A stretch of DNA of 49,523 nt from Intoshia linei (lineage: Eukaryota > Animalia > Orthonectida). The notes beneath the pieces were generated by a model. It saw nothing but the letters and a program-made list of their open reading frames with translations. It ran no database searches and was not told the DNA's origin. Location: the NCBI GenBank assembly GCA_001642005.1, contig LWCA01000129.1:1-49523 (forward strand), in the 5' to 3' direction. This document shows positions 23,687-37,000 of this stretch, in pieces (position 1 is the first letter of the stretch; each line of letters starts with the position of its first letter). Both the position numbers and the translations under genes were made by a program.

Positions 23687-24643
23687 TTATTTTGTTTCAT
23701 GAACATACATAGATTCTGTTCCTTTCAAAAAAGAATCTTTGAATTGAACTATAATACATGTCATGTTGTCGCAACCGGAACCGTCCCCAAGAGTGTCTGG
23801 AGATATGCATTTGTCAAAAACTGCGGAAATAATATCATTGATGGACATTTTATTGTTTTTATCATTTAACCTTTCGGATACGAAACTTATTATTTCTTCA
23901 CTGGTCATGACGTTCCATATTCCATCACAAGCTATAATCATAAATTCATCTTCCTTGACTAGTTTAACTGTTTTTACATCTGGCTTTGGTGTTATCATTT
24001 GGTCTTCATGAGATAATGATTTATTGATCTTATAAGTATGGTCACCAAATGCACGAGAAAGATTGAGTCCACCATTAACTCGGCCATCTTCAGTGACACA
24101 ACCTCCAGCCTTTTCTATGCGGCTTCGTTCAATAGTGTCTTCTGGTTTATGATCCACTGACAGGTCCATTGCCTTTCCATCCCTACATAGCACACATCGA
24201 GAATCTCCAATGTTAATTACCGATATTGTTTTGTGTTCAAATGATAGAAGTGCAACTACAGCAGTACATCCGCTGTCATAAACAGGCTAAACATGTATAT
24301 TTTAAAAAAAATTGAAAAACCTTGTCTGATACCATATTCATATTGGCTGGTTTGTTATTGGTTAATTCTGAACTAAAAATCAGTAAAAATTAAATTTTAG
24401 ATTACTTTTTTAACATATTCAATTCATCATCAATAGATTCGTCACTAATTTCAGGGGAATTTGAAGATTCTGCAGAATTGCTTACCTCCACATAATCTTC
24501 ATCGTTGGAAGATTCGCTATTTTCTGGGTTCAATTTATTCTCAGTTGAAACTGCATCTGTTTCAACATTTTCGGTTTGGTTTATTCTTGGTTTTTTATCT
24601 ACATTATGATTGTCATCATGACGCCGTTTTGGGACAACTGAAT
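23687..24643 (-). CDS. PPM1G: PP2C phosphatase, PPM1G type; only the acidic insert and C-terminal half are present
   Basis: Exons ~24643-24406 (acidic insert), 24372-24321 and 24286-23687. Motifs DSGCTAVVAL, NIGDSRCV, DHKPED, GRVNGGLNLSRAFGDH, ACDGIWNVM, PDTLGDGSGCDNMT. N-terminal exons were not found. Confidence 0.88.
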
Positions 24644-25269
24644 CTAAATGTAAATTCAACTCAGAAATCGATCAGTATAAGTTGTCCCAAGTAATAACAT
24701 TAAATATAAAGTAGATACTGTAAAAATAATATATAACCGTTAAGTTGTAAAACAACTTATCTAAATAAAAATACAACAATAAAAACTTCAAATAATCATT
24801 ATTACACTAGTCTACAAATCACAACTATAAGAGTGTACAAGATTAATACGCATATTAGCGTGGTAAACATATTATATAAAATTATCCATCAGTTATCTTG
24901 AGTTATATTCATCTCATTATAAAAGGGGTCGATTAACAATTATTTTAGTAAAAACATCAGAAAATAATTTATAAAGGTAGTCTCAAAATTAACACAAAAT
25001 TTGATTTGGTCGACAACACTGGTATATAATAATATTACACTTGTATTTAAAAATGTTTGTCTGTTTCCGTTTTAAAAATTCTATATTTTTATCACAATTT
25101 TTCGAAGGTGGGGTTTTATCGTCTATTTCATTTTCAGAAATTAAGTCCTTCAAGGTTAAAAACTCTAATTATTTTTTTTAAATAAAACTAGTGATAGAAT
25201 ATTAATAATATAATATATAATATTCTATTATATGTAAAATTATAATATATATTATAATTATTTATATAN

Positions 25270-25672
25270 TGTAAACTTTAATCGTATATCTCCCCTTTTT
25301 GAAATTTGTAGTCTATTTATTTTTTTGTCAGTAAGTCTAAACCCGCATTCTGATAAATAAAAGGATGGAAATGGCAACAAATCGGATAATTTTGCATATA
25401 CTCATCAATTTAGTTAAACTTGAATTCAATAGCCCACTATCATTAAAGATATATTTGTTTTTTTGTCATTCTAATAATTTAATAATACAATTAATTGGTT
25501 CAAGTATTACATAACCCCTTATTATCCTGAGAATATTGTATAAAATTAACAATAAATTAATCTAAAGTTTTCATAATCCTATACATTTGTAATATTTCCC
25601 GGGCCCCACCAAATTTCCAATGTCCCTCCAAAAAGTTCGTTATGGGGCCTGGTCCTACGGTTGGAAACACTG
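25270..25672 (-). mobile_element. Second, gap-truncated copy of the 18802-19428 hAT element
   Basis: Near-identical to ~19027-19428. Starts at the N (25269) and ends CGGTTGGAAACACTG. Confidence 0.92.
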
Positions 25673-25680
25673 CTCTAGAG

Positions 25681-25750
25681 CAGTGTTTCCAACCTGTGGG
25701 TATTTACTCACGAGTAGGTAATTTGATATTTTTCATAGGTAATCGCGAAA
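25681..25750 (+). mobile_element. Left end of another hAT-type MITE abutting the previous element
   Basis: CAGTGTTTCCAACCTGTGGGTA begins right after the 8-mer CTCTAGAG. Its internal sequence differs from the 18802 family, and no right end was located. Confidence 0.6.
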
Positions 25751-26453
25751 TTTGTTCTAAAAAAATAGGATTTTTTTTATTTTTTTTTGTCGCATGCATA
25801 GTAACGTATGAAATATAATATTTCCCATTGAGTCCTTCAGAGTCAAAAACACAATTCCCCCTTTCTTTTACTATTTTGTATTATTAGTTTTTAAAAAAAT
25901 TATATAACTTATTTTAAAAAGCTGACCATCCAAAATGCAGTTAAACAATATAGTGGGTAATATCACAATAAGTACTATAATATATATTATTTCACTGGAA
26001 TGGAAATATTACAGATTCAGTGAAACACATAATGTAGGTCTTATATTCAATATTAACTTGAATTTTTCAATTCCTAATGGGGTGATATAACGCAATAATT
26101 ATAACAGATATCTTACCAGGGAATATTACTACTATTAGGTCATACATGTATTTGCATTAATATGAAAAATTAAAATAAAGGCTAAAGATTGTATAAAATG
26201 TCTATGAAAAAATTTAATACTATTGATCTAAATTTTTCCGGGTGGCTCAAACAAACTTTGCTTACTTGTTGTAAAATGCTGGGGAATATACAAATGTCAC
26301 ATGAAATCTTTAGTTTATTTACAATGTTCAAATTGAAAATGCTCCAATGTAATTGCAAGACTTGGAAATGAAATTGCATTAAAATAAATATATATTTATT
26401 TAAAATATTCTCAAAAATTAAGTCGAAATTAATGAACCTATTTTGATTATATA

Positions 26454-27316
26454 ATGTCTGCAGGTTCGATATATTTACTTATATTTTTTTATAAATTTTT
26501 TAGCTAAAAGACTAGTAAAATGTGGAATATCGGTTATTTTAAATAGACCAGTGATAGTGTCACCTTCATTGAATACTTTTGAGAAAAAAGTTGATTCAGT
26601 AATGAAAAAAATGGAGGATTCAAGATCTTTATTGTCTGACCATGAATTAACCCATATTAAAGAAGAGTATACTTTATTATTGTCATATTACTATAATTTA
26701 GAGATCAAAAAATAAAGAGGATTTCTGCATTGAACAAAGGAACCCATTCAGAATTTGAAAAAGAAGAAATTGACAGTATTTTAGAAAAGGAAGATAAGTG
26801 GCAAATGGAGTTTGACCAATTTAAATTCATCCCTTTAAATAAATATGACGGTAAAAATAAATATATTTAATCAACCGTTAGATTGCAAGCAAAATATTTA
26901 CCGAAAATGCACAGAAAGATTGTACTTTGTTTCTCAACATAACTCAGACAGTTCAACTATAAAATATAATCTACCCTGGAAAATATGCACAGACGAGAAT
27001 GAACCATTAATAAATTTAGCGATAAATCTATTAAATCAAATTGAAATTAGCGAAAAATCGTATTACATCCTTTCTGAGTGTCCCAATTATGTTTACAAAT
27101 ATGTATATAATAAAACAAAATTTCCTACACTGATGAAGGTAACATTTAAATGAAGTTAATAATCCTTAGATATTCATTTACAATGCATTTCTTAAGGATA
27201 TTAATATTTATGCACACTACAAAAAAAATTTAAAAAATTTTGAATGGTTAACAAAAAATGAACTAAAGTCCCATATAGACAAAAATTTGTATAAAAAAAT
27301 AAAATTTTTATTGTGA
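26454..27316 (+). CDS. MRPL46: Mitochondrial ribosomal protein L46, 5 exons
   Basis: Exons 26454-26463, 26504-26666, 26702-26850, 26882-27138 and 27170-27316, with introns of 31-40 nt. Motifs LNRPVIVSPSLNTFE, RSLLSDHEL, EDKWQMEFDQFK, FEWLTKNELKSHI. Confidence 0.88.
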
Positions 27317-27391
27317 AGCTTTTGATCATCTTTAAACTTGCACAACAAGTACTCCGAAATGTTAATATATTTATATACATAATGAAATGTG

Positions 27392-30300
27392 TCAATCGTC
27401 CATTTCGTCAGACTGCATTGACGGTTTAATCATTCCGGGTATGTTTTTGTGTTTGTCAAATTTTTCTTGTTGTGCTTTCAATGCTATTTCTTCACGGTCA
27501 TCTATAAACAGTTCGTTGGCATCAAAACCGTTATTTTCACGTATTTGTATTAAAAAATCACGAATGTTTTCCTTAAATTTATCTTCATCTTGGTTGAAAG
27601 CCAAAATTCCATCAAGAAATACAACAAGTTGTTCTTCACTTAAAAACGTATATGCTGATTTGAGATTGTGAGAGAGATGATACACGACAAATAATAAATT
27701 TTGGTTACTTTCGTATATTGGGTTGTTCTGAATGAGTTTAGAAAATTGTTTGGCAAGGTCATATAATTTTGATTGGTCGACATCAACATCTTTTCCTAAG
27801 TATTCCTTAATGACGTTCTTCTCAAGTAAACGAAACATGTGAGACATTATTTTAGCATAACCTGTGAGTGATGAAATGGTAAGAGAATTAGTGAGAATTG
27901 ATAGAATATTCATCAAAAGTAAAATAAAAAAATCGCTATAAAATTTTTGTGCATAAAGATGTTTTTCTACATGGGTAAAAAGTTCGTACAGTAAATCAAC
28001 ACTAATATCTGAAACTGAACGCATTTCTTGAGTCATTCCCATAATTATTGATTCAAGCAATGACTGCATTTGGGAATTATCCAAAGCAGACAACGAATCA
28101 AATGAATTTGTAACAATTTCTTTAATCATGACGAAAAATTGTTTGCGGTGGTCTGGGTAGGATTTAAAATCAGAACTAATCATATTGATGGTCGTAGGAT
28201 AGATTACATTCAATATATCAAATAAAAATGGTTTTATGCGATCGCCGACGGCGTATATTATGGCTTTAACTACAGTTAACACTTGATATTCTCTTACAGC
28301 CGCATCATTCGATCTATAGTCATTAAGTATAGTTTGGAGACAATTTGGTACAAATGTATCAATAATAATATTTTCTTCACGTGAATTTTCGAGCCAAGTT
28401 ATAAATAATTTCAAAATATCCACTTTTACATGTCTATATTTTGCAAGTTGTGACAAAGCTGTAGAATTAACATTAGCTAATTCGTGAATTATGGTGCTCA
28501 TGACCTTGTACATATTCTCCAAATCATCGAACAATTCTTTCATTTGGTGAGTAAAAGTTTTCCCAACACCCCGACAAACTGCCATGTTAATTTTCATAAA
28601 ATGAGAAATAAACGTACAGGATTCAACAGTTTTCAATATCAAAATATCCGAATTGGCTTGGTTAATAAGGCTACTCCATTCAATGTTAAATGATTTTAAC
28701 AAACCAGAAATAAGATCACATTGGGTGGTCAAAAAGGTTTGAGCACTAATCATAATTGCCAATGCTTCGAAATAGACGTATATCTGATGAGGTTGTAAAT
28801 CTCGAATTGTGTGATCCTTGATTTCAATGTAATCGTTAATAGCAGGACATACATCGGGAGGATTAATAATAACAAAAGAACGACGGCATTTTCGAGCAAT
28901 TTTAATTAAAGTATCCACCGCCATATCTTGTACCCCTTCATGAGTTTCATGCTAAATATAGATATAAATCATTCATAATTATATTACCATAAATTCATTT
29001 AATTTATTGACCACAGTCTTGTTAAATCTCCAGTGACACCGCAAAAATCGAGGATATTGACCAACAACGTACATTATATTAGAAGCAATAATGGCTTTAT
29101 TATCTTTACCCACCCTCATCTCACATAAATTGAGCAACTCTTTAATCACCCCCACCAAAAATCTCTTTTCAATGTCCTCCTGTAAGGTTCCACTGATTGA
29201 ACCAATAGCCCAACACAATTTGTTCAAAATAGACAATGAATATTCTTCACCGCTAACTTGTGCAACCAAACCCCTAAAAATATATTATAAAAATATTTAT
29301 ATAATATTACTTGTTCATAATTCCAATGGTGTGTTCTGGGTCAACGTGTGTTAGATAAACGAGAGTTTCGCGCATTGTTTGGTAAATATTGATAGAATTA
29401 GTATCTTGCATCGTTTCTCTAACAACATTTCCTTGCTCATTTTGAATGACCATTACCTCCTCAGGCTTTTCCATGTGCCGAATTAATAATTGACGAATAG
29501 TCCCTAACGCTTGCATATACATTCCAACATCAAAGCTTTCTACTTTTACATTCAACGAGTTATCTTTAATGAATGGATTGCGTTTGGACATCAAAAATAC
29601 GGGACCAAAACAAGATTGAAAATACGAAGAACCGTTTCCAGTATAAATTGCATAACATCTATGAGCCAAGAAATGCCAATAATCCAAGCAAATTTTGAAA
29701 ATCTCTTTGTCATCGATCTGAGAAATTTCAATGAGATATTCAATGCAAACCATAACGTCTGCTTTATGTTCGTTACTATTTTCCACGGTAGGTGAATGAT
29801 TACACAGATAGACAACCAAAAAGAGACAAATGTTTTGTACAAAATTTTGATCAGAATCATTACCATCTTCGTAACCTTTTTTGACGTCTGGAGGAGATGG
29901 AATAACAGATTTAAGATACTTTACCATTTCAACGAAAATTTGTAGAATATTTGGTTCATAAGCTTTTTTGGTGGGTACGCTTACTATCTCCGTTAAGCAT
30001 TGTACAATAATGTTTCGGAAAATGTCAACATATAAAAATCGTTGACTAAGTATTTCTAGCATGTTTGTTTGAAACATGTAGACAAGCGGGACCCAGTGTA
30101 AGCAATTGTAAATCATTCCCAATGTCGCCATACACAATTCGGGAGAATTTGAATTCGATAGAATTAAACGTGACACATCAAAAACTTTACTGAATTCGTC
30201 GCACAATGATTTTCTCAAATATTTGGCTTTTGCTTGAGTAATTTGACCAGAGCTAAAATCGAAAATTTCTTGGCTCAGTTGCTTGACAAAATTCATATTA

Positions 30301-30794
30301 TTTATACAGATTGTGTCGTTGGTTTTGGAAGATTCCATAATATCATCTATTAGAGAGGGCCAATTATGCGGCCAAACTCTCCGAACAATTAAAACTAGCA
30401 CCTGATTCACTTTGTGTACAAAAACACGATTCTTGTTGTATTTCTCTTGATTTTCAGAGGAGTTCATCATAAGATGAACCAAGTACCGCTTTATAGACTC
30501 AATATTTTTTTGATCCCATTCGTGCCATTTGGTTTTTATTGCTGTTTCCAGTAGTTGCAATGCGTAAAATTTAACAGAATCTACATCAGTAGAACTAATA
30601 ATATTCTCAACCATCATCCATGAACCAGGAACGTTTCGAAACTCATTTAATACTTCAGCAGCTTCTGATTGTAAAGTTCCTTTTCCGTTGTAGAAGACGT
30701 CGACTATTTTCACCAATAGGTCCACATCAAGACCATTTGAGATGTCAAATATTTTTCGAGGGTTCCAACTAATTTGTATTTGTGCGGAATTCAT
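27392..30794 (-). CDS. XPO1: Exportin-1 / CRM1, 3 exons
   Basis: Exons 30794-29311, 29273-28988 and 28951-27392, with introns of 37 and 36 nt. Motifs [95 protein letters not shown]. Confidence 0.97.
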
Positions 30795-31026
30795 TACCAG
30801 TAAATTAATTATACCTTGTTATTTTTGTAAAATTTTGAGTTATATCCAATGTTATTCTCTTGTAACGTTCAAAAATATATAAATGCTTTTAAATTGTCTT
30901 ACTTCGGATAATAATTAGTTACGTATACCGGATATAACCAGTATCATCCAGTTAAATCATACTACGTTAATTTGAAGTTATGGAAACATATCAATAAAAC
31001 TTAAAGCTACTGTGCAAGTGAAACAT

Positions 31027-34000
31027 TTAATTCAATATACAATTGTAAATTAATTTTTTTTGTCGTTGTAATCCATGAATGTATTATAAAAGCTATGGTA
31101 TGAAATGCGCCTGGAAAATTTTTGTATAATTTTAAAAATCAAATTTGATCTTTTCTCCGAAGTGCAACCGAAAAACCTAATAATTAGCAATTTATGATAT
31201 TCAATTTTTTACTTTGCATTTTCTAATCGTTTTAATCTACTAAGTGAAATTATTTTTTCGATTACAAAAAAGTATAAAGTGTGCCAGTAAACCATGAATC
31301 CTTCAGTAATGCAGATTATTGGTATGAGAGTGCTAAATTACATGTAATTGTTTCAAAATATTCAAACACTGATGATTTCATGAATATATTATATTGAAAG
31401 TCGGAAATTGAACAAATCTCAACAGTCTCATACATTAAATTACTATAATTGAGAAAAAAATCTTGGGATCTATTTAGGTAATTGGTGAGTCTTTCACTGA
31501 TGTGTTCTATGAATGGATGTATTCTTATACAATGCAAATGTAATACTTTTATATTCGGGATCGTAGCACGTATTTATGTACCAAATTAATATACTGAAAG
31601 TAGACCAACTACAATTAAGCTTCAATAGTGGAAATTTAAGGCCTACAATTTAATTCAAGTACAACATAATATTCTGTTACCTTTTTTTTCAAATTCATGA
31701 GGCAGGATTATATGAAAATAAATTTTATTCAAGTCATTTTCCCAGACACGCGTTCTTGGTATTTTTTTGTCGTACCCAATCTTGAAATATAAAGATGTAA
31801 CTAACATTGTACCACATCTATGTAAGTTGTATCCCTGGCTGCTTCACCAATTGAGTTGAAAAATATCCAAAATTTGTGAGAATTCTAAAATCTAATAATT
31901 AAACAAACCTGGAAATAAATGACAAAATGTATATATAAGGTCAACATAGTTGTTGATTACTTTTTTGAATAATTCTATAGAGAAGTGGTTTTCAACCAGG
32001 GTCGTGAGAATATGAAAATTTTATGAATATAGTTATTTATTATTTTTATTTTAATATAATATTGACAGTAATAATGTTACGGAAATATTTTTACATTCTT
32101 TATTACAATTTTAAATGTTCTTCTTCACTCAATATATAAACTATTCCCGATAAAACACAGGATGAAGTAATAGATATAATAAATGATAACACTGCAAGAA
32201 TATTTTCTATGAAAAATCACTAAGTACTTTTTAGTATGATATGATTGATTTATATCCAAATGTATTTCCGATTGCTTTGACATTGCTACTATCTTTTCCG
32301 TAAACTTATCTGTGTGAAGCAGGATTTTATCCGTTTGTTCATATAAAAACAAAGTTAATAAACAGATTGAATCTTAAGGATGATATGAGGCGCGCCTTGT
32401 CGCATACACTGCCCAGGATATCAATAATTGTAGCTAAAATACAACCTCAAATTTCACATGAAAAAATTAAATTTAGTTATTAATAATTAAATTTATTATA
32501 ATAATAGATTGTACTGAACAGTGCTCAGTGAGCACAGTATAAAATATAAATAAAACTGAATATTTATATTGCATTTTTAGTAATTTTATTTATATGAATT
32601 AATGTGATGTTTGGAGTATATAGAAAATTTTGTATGTTTATAAGGGGTCGCGAACACAAAAACGTTGAAAACCACTGATATATAGGAAATTATTGGGAAT
32701 AGTTTACTAATGACATGTCTAACTGTATTTATATAAAAACTAGGTTGACTGTTTTGTACTTCGTATAAACAGCACATAGCTTTGCAGAGGGCCGCTTTTT
32801 TCATTTTACCAAAAAAATAAAATCTTACATAAAAATACTACAATTCACTATTACGAATCTTTTAAAAGAATGGTTCCCAAACGTGTGAAAAAAAATTTTA
32901 TTTTTAAATTCTAGGACCATTAATTATATAAAATCTTTTATTTCAATGAAAAAATTTCCAAAAAATAGAATAAACAGTAAATGGCTTTTTTGAACACGAA
33001 GGCTTAACTTAACATTAAAACTTTTTATGTATTTTAACTGGAAAAAACTGTATTACATGTGATCGTTTTTTAGATTCTTAAACTATTAGTTTTTTTAATT
33101 TGATAAAAAAAGATAATGTAGACACACAAATAAAGAGTTTTATATAAGTTAAAATGGGTAATTTTAGGTTTGACATGAAGATATCAGATTTTGAAATTAA
33201 AATGTATAATGTTCATTATTTTAAAATCTGTATCAGAGTGTATATTTTTAAATTCTAGGATTAGTTTGATTTTAGTTTTGGCCGGCTAGAGGAAGTTTCT
33301 GACATTGACATTTATTTTAGTTTATGCCGTCGAAAAATCTGATTTGGAATTTGTGTTTGTTAAAATTCTATGACTCTTATCTATTGAAAAAACTATAACA
33401 CACAGACAGACATTCAATTTTATATAAGTAAGGATTACACTATAACTGATGCAATCATTTTGGCTAAACATTGTAACAAATACAACGTCTTCGATAATTA
33501 CATCAATGGAATCCAAATTATTTAAATTTTGTTTAAATTTCTTTGAAGTTGAAGATAAATGACAAAATTTTTTGCAATATCGAGATGGCTCGCTTAACTA
33601 AAATCAAGGTATACATTGTAGCACCATATCAATTAAAATTACTCTTGTATAATTGAGACTGGTTAGAATCCACCAAATAATATTGAAATCTTCACATTTT
33701 CTATGATTTTTTTACTAAATTGTTAAAAAAAATTACCGCTGTGGCTGACAAACTTCATCCATAATGTTCCAGTCCGATTCTGAATCGTTAACCCAATCAC
33801 TTATCAATTTCTTACAAGACTTTAATTCTTGGAAAACTGGATCGTTAAAAACTAAAGAATCATTGCGCCACAAATCTTCCTCATCTACTTTATATGGAAT
33901 ACAATCTAAACTAATTGTATACATAAACACCTTTTTTTGTAATTACAATTGTTGTGATTTATAATTATTGAAAATTTTGGATGGGTAAAGGTATTGATAA

Positions 34001-37000
34001 CTAATGCTAGCCTTATCAAAAGGATATTTGTTCATATCGTAATCACGACAGATAGTCATTGATTTCTTTTTAATATGCTTTGTCTTTACAAGCGTCTAAA
34101 CATTAAAGTAAGGAGACTTAAAAATATTACGTCATCCAGTTTTAAAAAATCTTTAGTGATGGAAACGTCCCACTCAAATCGTCCATTTTCATTTCGAATG
34201 ATGACTTTAACTATATATGTAACACGGTTCAATTATAGTTTTTTTGAAATTGAGAAAGTATATTTTTATGCACATAATTGTATGTGTAATATTAATAATT
34301 TTATCAAAGATCGTAAAATATGTAGAGTTAAGTAACTTGGAATGACCAGCATTTCAAAAATTTAATATATGTTCCTCACAAAAACATACCTTTTCATTTT
34401 AAAAAAGAGTTTAAAATATATGACATAATGCAATCGTTCCCATAACCCAGATATCATCGTATTTTAAATAATAAACCCTTCACTACATTCACGTTTTGAA
34501 AATAGAACTCTACGTCTCGCAGATAATAACTTGTGACACAATTGTTTCTGCTTCATGCTAAAACGGTTCGGGAACAACTGCCTTATTGTATACGGTAACA
34601 AGTTAATATTAAAAATTACTTTCATTTTGATATTGTGCCTGAATCGGAAGACTTATAATAATATCCTCATCTATGACATAATGCCTAAATTGATCACATT
34701 CTTGGTCGACATTTACGCTGCAGTTGCTTGTCTAAAATAAAACTAATATACATCTAACTGCATCTGAACCTTAAAATGGTTAACAGCATTTAAATTGAAA
34801 ATATACGATAACAATCTATTAGCTGCATAGTAAATGTGAGAGAGGTACATATTTTTATTGTAATCTTCTCTAAATGATAATTGGGATGCATTATCAAAAT
34901 TTTTAAAATAATCTCCAGATATTCCAATATTACAAGCTTTAACGATTGTATTAAACAGTTTATCATCGTTCAAAATAATGTAACGAGCTGCATATATCCA
35001 ATCCAAAATACATTCGAAAGTAAATGTGATGAGAATAATTATTTTTTCGATGGCCAATTCTTGCACATCATCATTTGAAGATTGATTTAAGGGAAAAGCT
35101 TTTTCACTCTTCTTTGCACCAGTGTTACTGGAGGTTTGATTACTTACTAATGAAAAAATACGCTTGGCCTGTTTGAGTGAAAATGGCATATCCTGTGAAA
35201 TAATACTATCTTTATGTTGTAACTTTTTATCGAAATCCAACAAATCTGTTACTGTTTTGTTAGATGATTTGGATTGCAAACTCAAATTCCAATTGTGATC
35301 GATTTGCTGAACAAAGTACGATTTCCTTTTTTTAGAGTTCGATATATTTGACGGGCTCTGGATTATTTTTTTGTTTTGTCTCTCTACACTAGAAAGCTTA
35401 TTTTCTACTGTAACAGAAGAGTTGCTGACGGATGGAACATTTCTACCCGCATTAGTTTTAGATGTTTCATCAATACATCCTACAAAAAATGATTCAACAC
35501 CGTCTATTATAAAATCACACAGCAAAGACACCATAAGTTTCATGGAAATTATAACTTCATGATCATTTAAATCAATCACATTTGATTGCAACCTGGAAAA
35601 AGAAGAAACGGTTTCCAATATACTAATCATAAGACCACAATCCATTTTATATGAAAAAGATTTAATGAGATGAGAGAATATAGAAAGGCTCTGAGTTATT
35701 ATAATCTGCATAGATATCACCTGCATCTCTTTTTTCAACTTACAACTATCCATTGCTAACTCGGGTGTTCCATTAGCCAATAAAGCCATAAGCAACAATT
35801 GCAAATTTTCACTGTTGGTTTCGGAATAAATGGAAACTCGCAAAGCCGTAGCAATAGAATTAAAAATAGCAGAATTTGTGCTATCGGTTTGACTTTTATA
35901 TATAAAGTTTATATCTTTAATAGATAGCTGTTTTATAAGTGCGATCATTGATATCAATATGCTTATGGCAGCTTTTTTTAAAGTATCGTTGACATATTTC
36001 TCATCTAGTTTAGAAATCAGTACAAATTGGCAAATAAGCAAGTAATCATCGATCAATAAAAAAATCAGTTTCATGCCACACTTCATAATGTTTACAGAAT
36101 TTATAATAATGGACGCGATCAAAGGGTAAATTTTGCATTCATGAGCCAAATGGATACTTTGTTTAATAATAGTTGATATTTTAATAATCTCCTCATCGTT
36201 AAACATTCCTATATCAGAAGTTATAATGACGCAATTTGAAAAAACCCGGCATATATGGCCCACTAATTCACTATATCCTATGGGGTTGTCAACTAGCATT
36301 TTAGATACTGCTGCTTTATCTGCATCGACGAGTAATAAATCGAAAATCCAATTTTTAAAAAAATAAAAAAGGTAATATACGCTATTCAAGCAATTTGAAT
36401 TTCTCATTATATTTGAAATATAACTAACAGGGTCTTGATTTAGAACACCACCATTTTCAGATTCTATTGATTTTGTATCCGAATCGTCTGATTTATCAAT
36501 AACTTCAATATGACTCATTTGAATGATTTTGAAACCATCCTTTTGGTGTAACTTTCTGAGATGTAAATTGTAATTTTTCGTGTCGATTGGATCAAAAATT
36601 TTTCGTTTGTGTAAGATTGAATAATTACAATTGGGCATGGAACTTTCCAAAGTTTTAAAATTGTCAAACTTGGGTTTTACACCTCTCTCTTTGATCTGGG
36701 GAGCTGATAATTTCAATTTTCGATAAAAATTAATTATTAGTTGTTTTTGATATTTGAAAGAGGTGATCACATCATAATTTGATGATGTTTCTATCTGCAT
36801 TAGAAAGTCCATTATATTTATAAAACACATAATTGTTTCTTTGAACAATATATGTATGTTTAGATTTATAGCTTGCAAGGATAATGCATGGAATTTTGGA
36901 GATAAATATTCTAAGGCACGAAACTTTTCTGACTTGACGAAACAATTCAATTGAGACATTTCAATAGGTCGTTGCAACATGTTGATAACGTAAAACCACA

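Noticed and set aside
25190-25268. AT-only quasi-palindromic tract
   Set aside because: Low-complexity sequence adjoining an assembly gap.
26182-26379. Minus ORF containing CLSHP as the missing PPM1G first exon
   Set aside because: It lacks the MG start and any MQGWR/EDAH/DGHGG motif, so the match is probably chance.
5503-30794. Two exportins (CSE1L, XPO1) as a functional cluster
   Set aside because: They are about 20 kb apart with unrelated genes between, and are ancient paralogues. There is no evidence of co-regulation.
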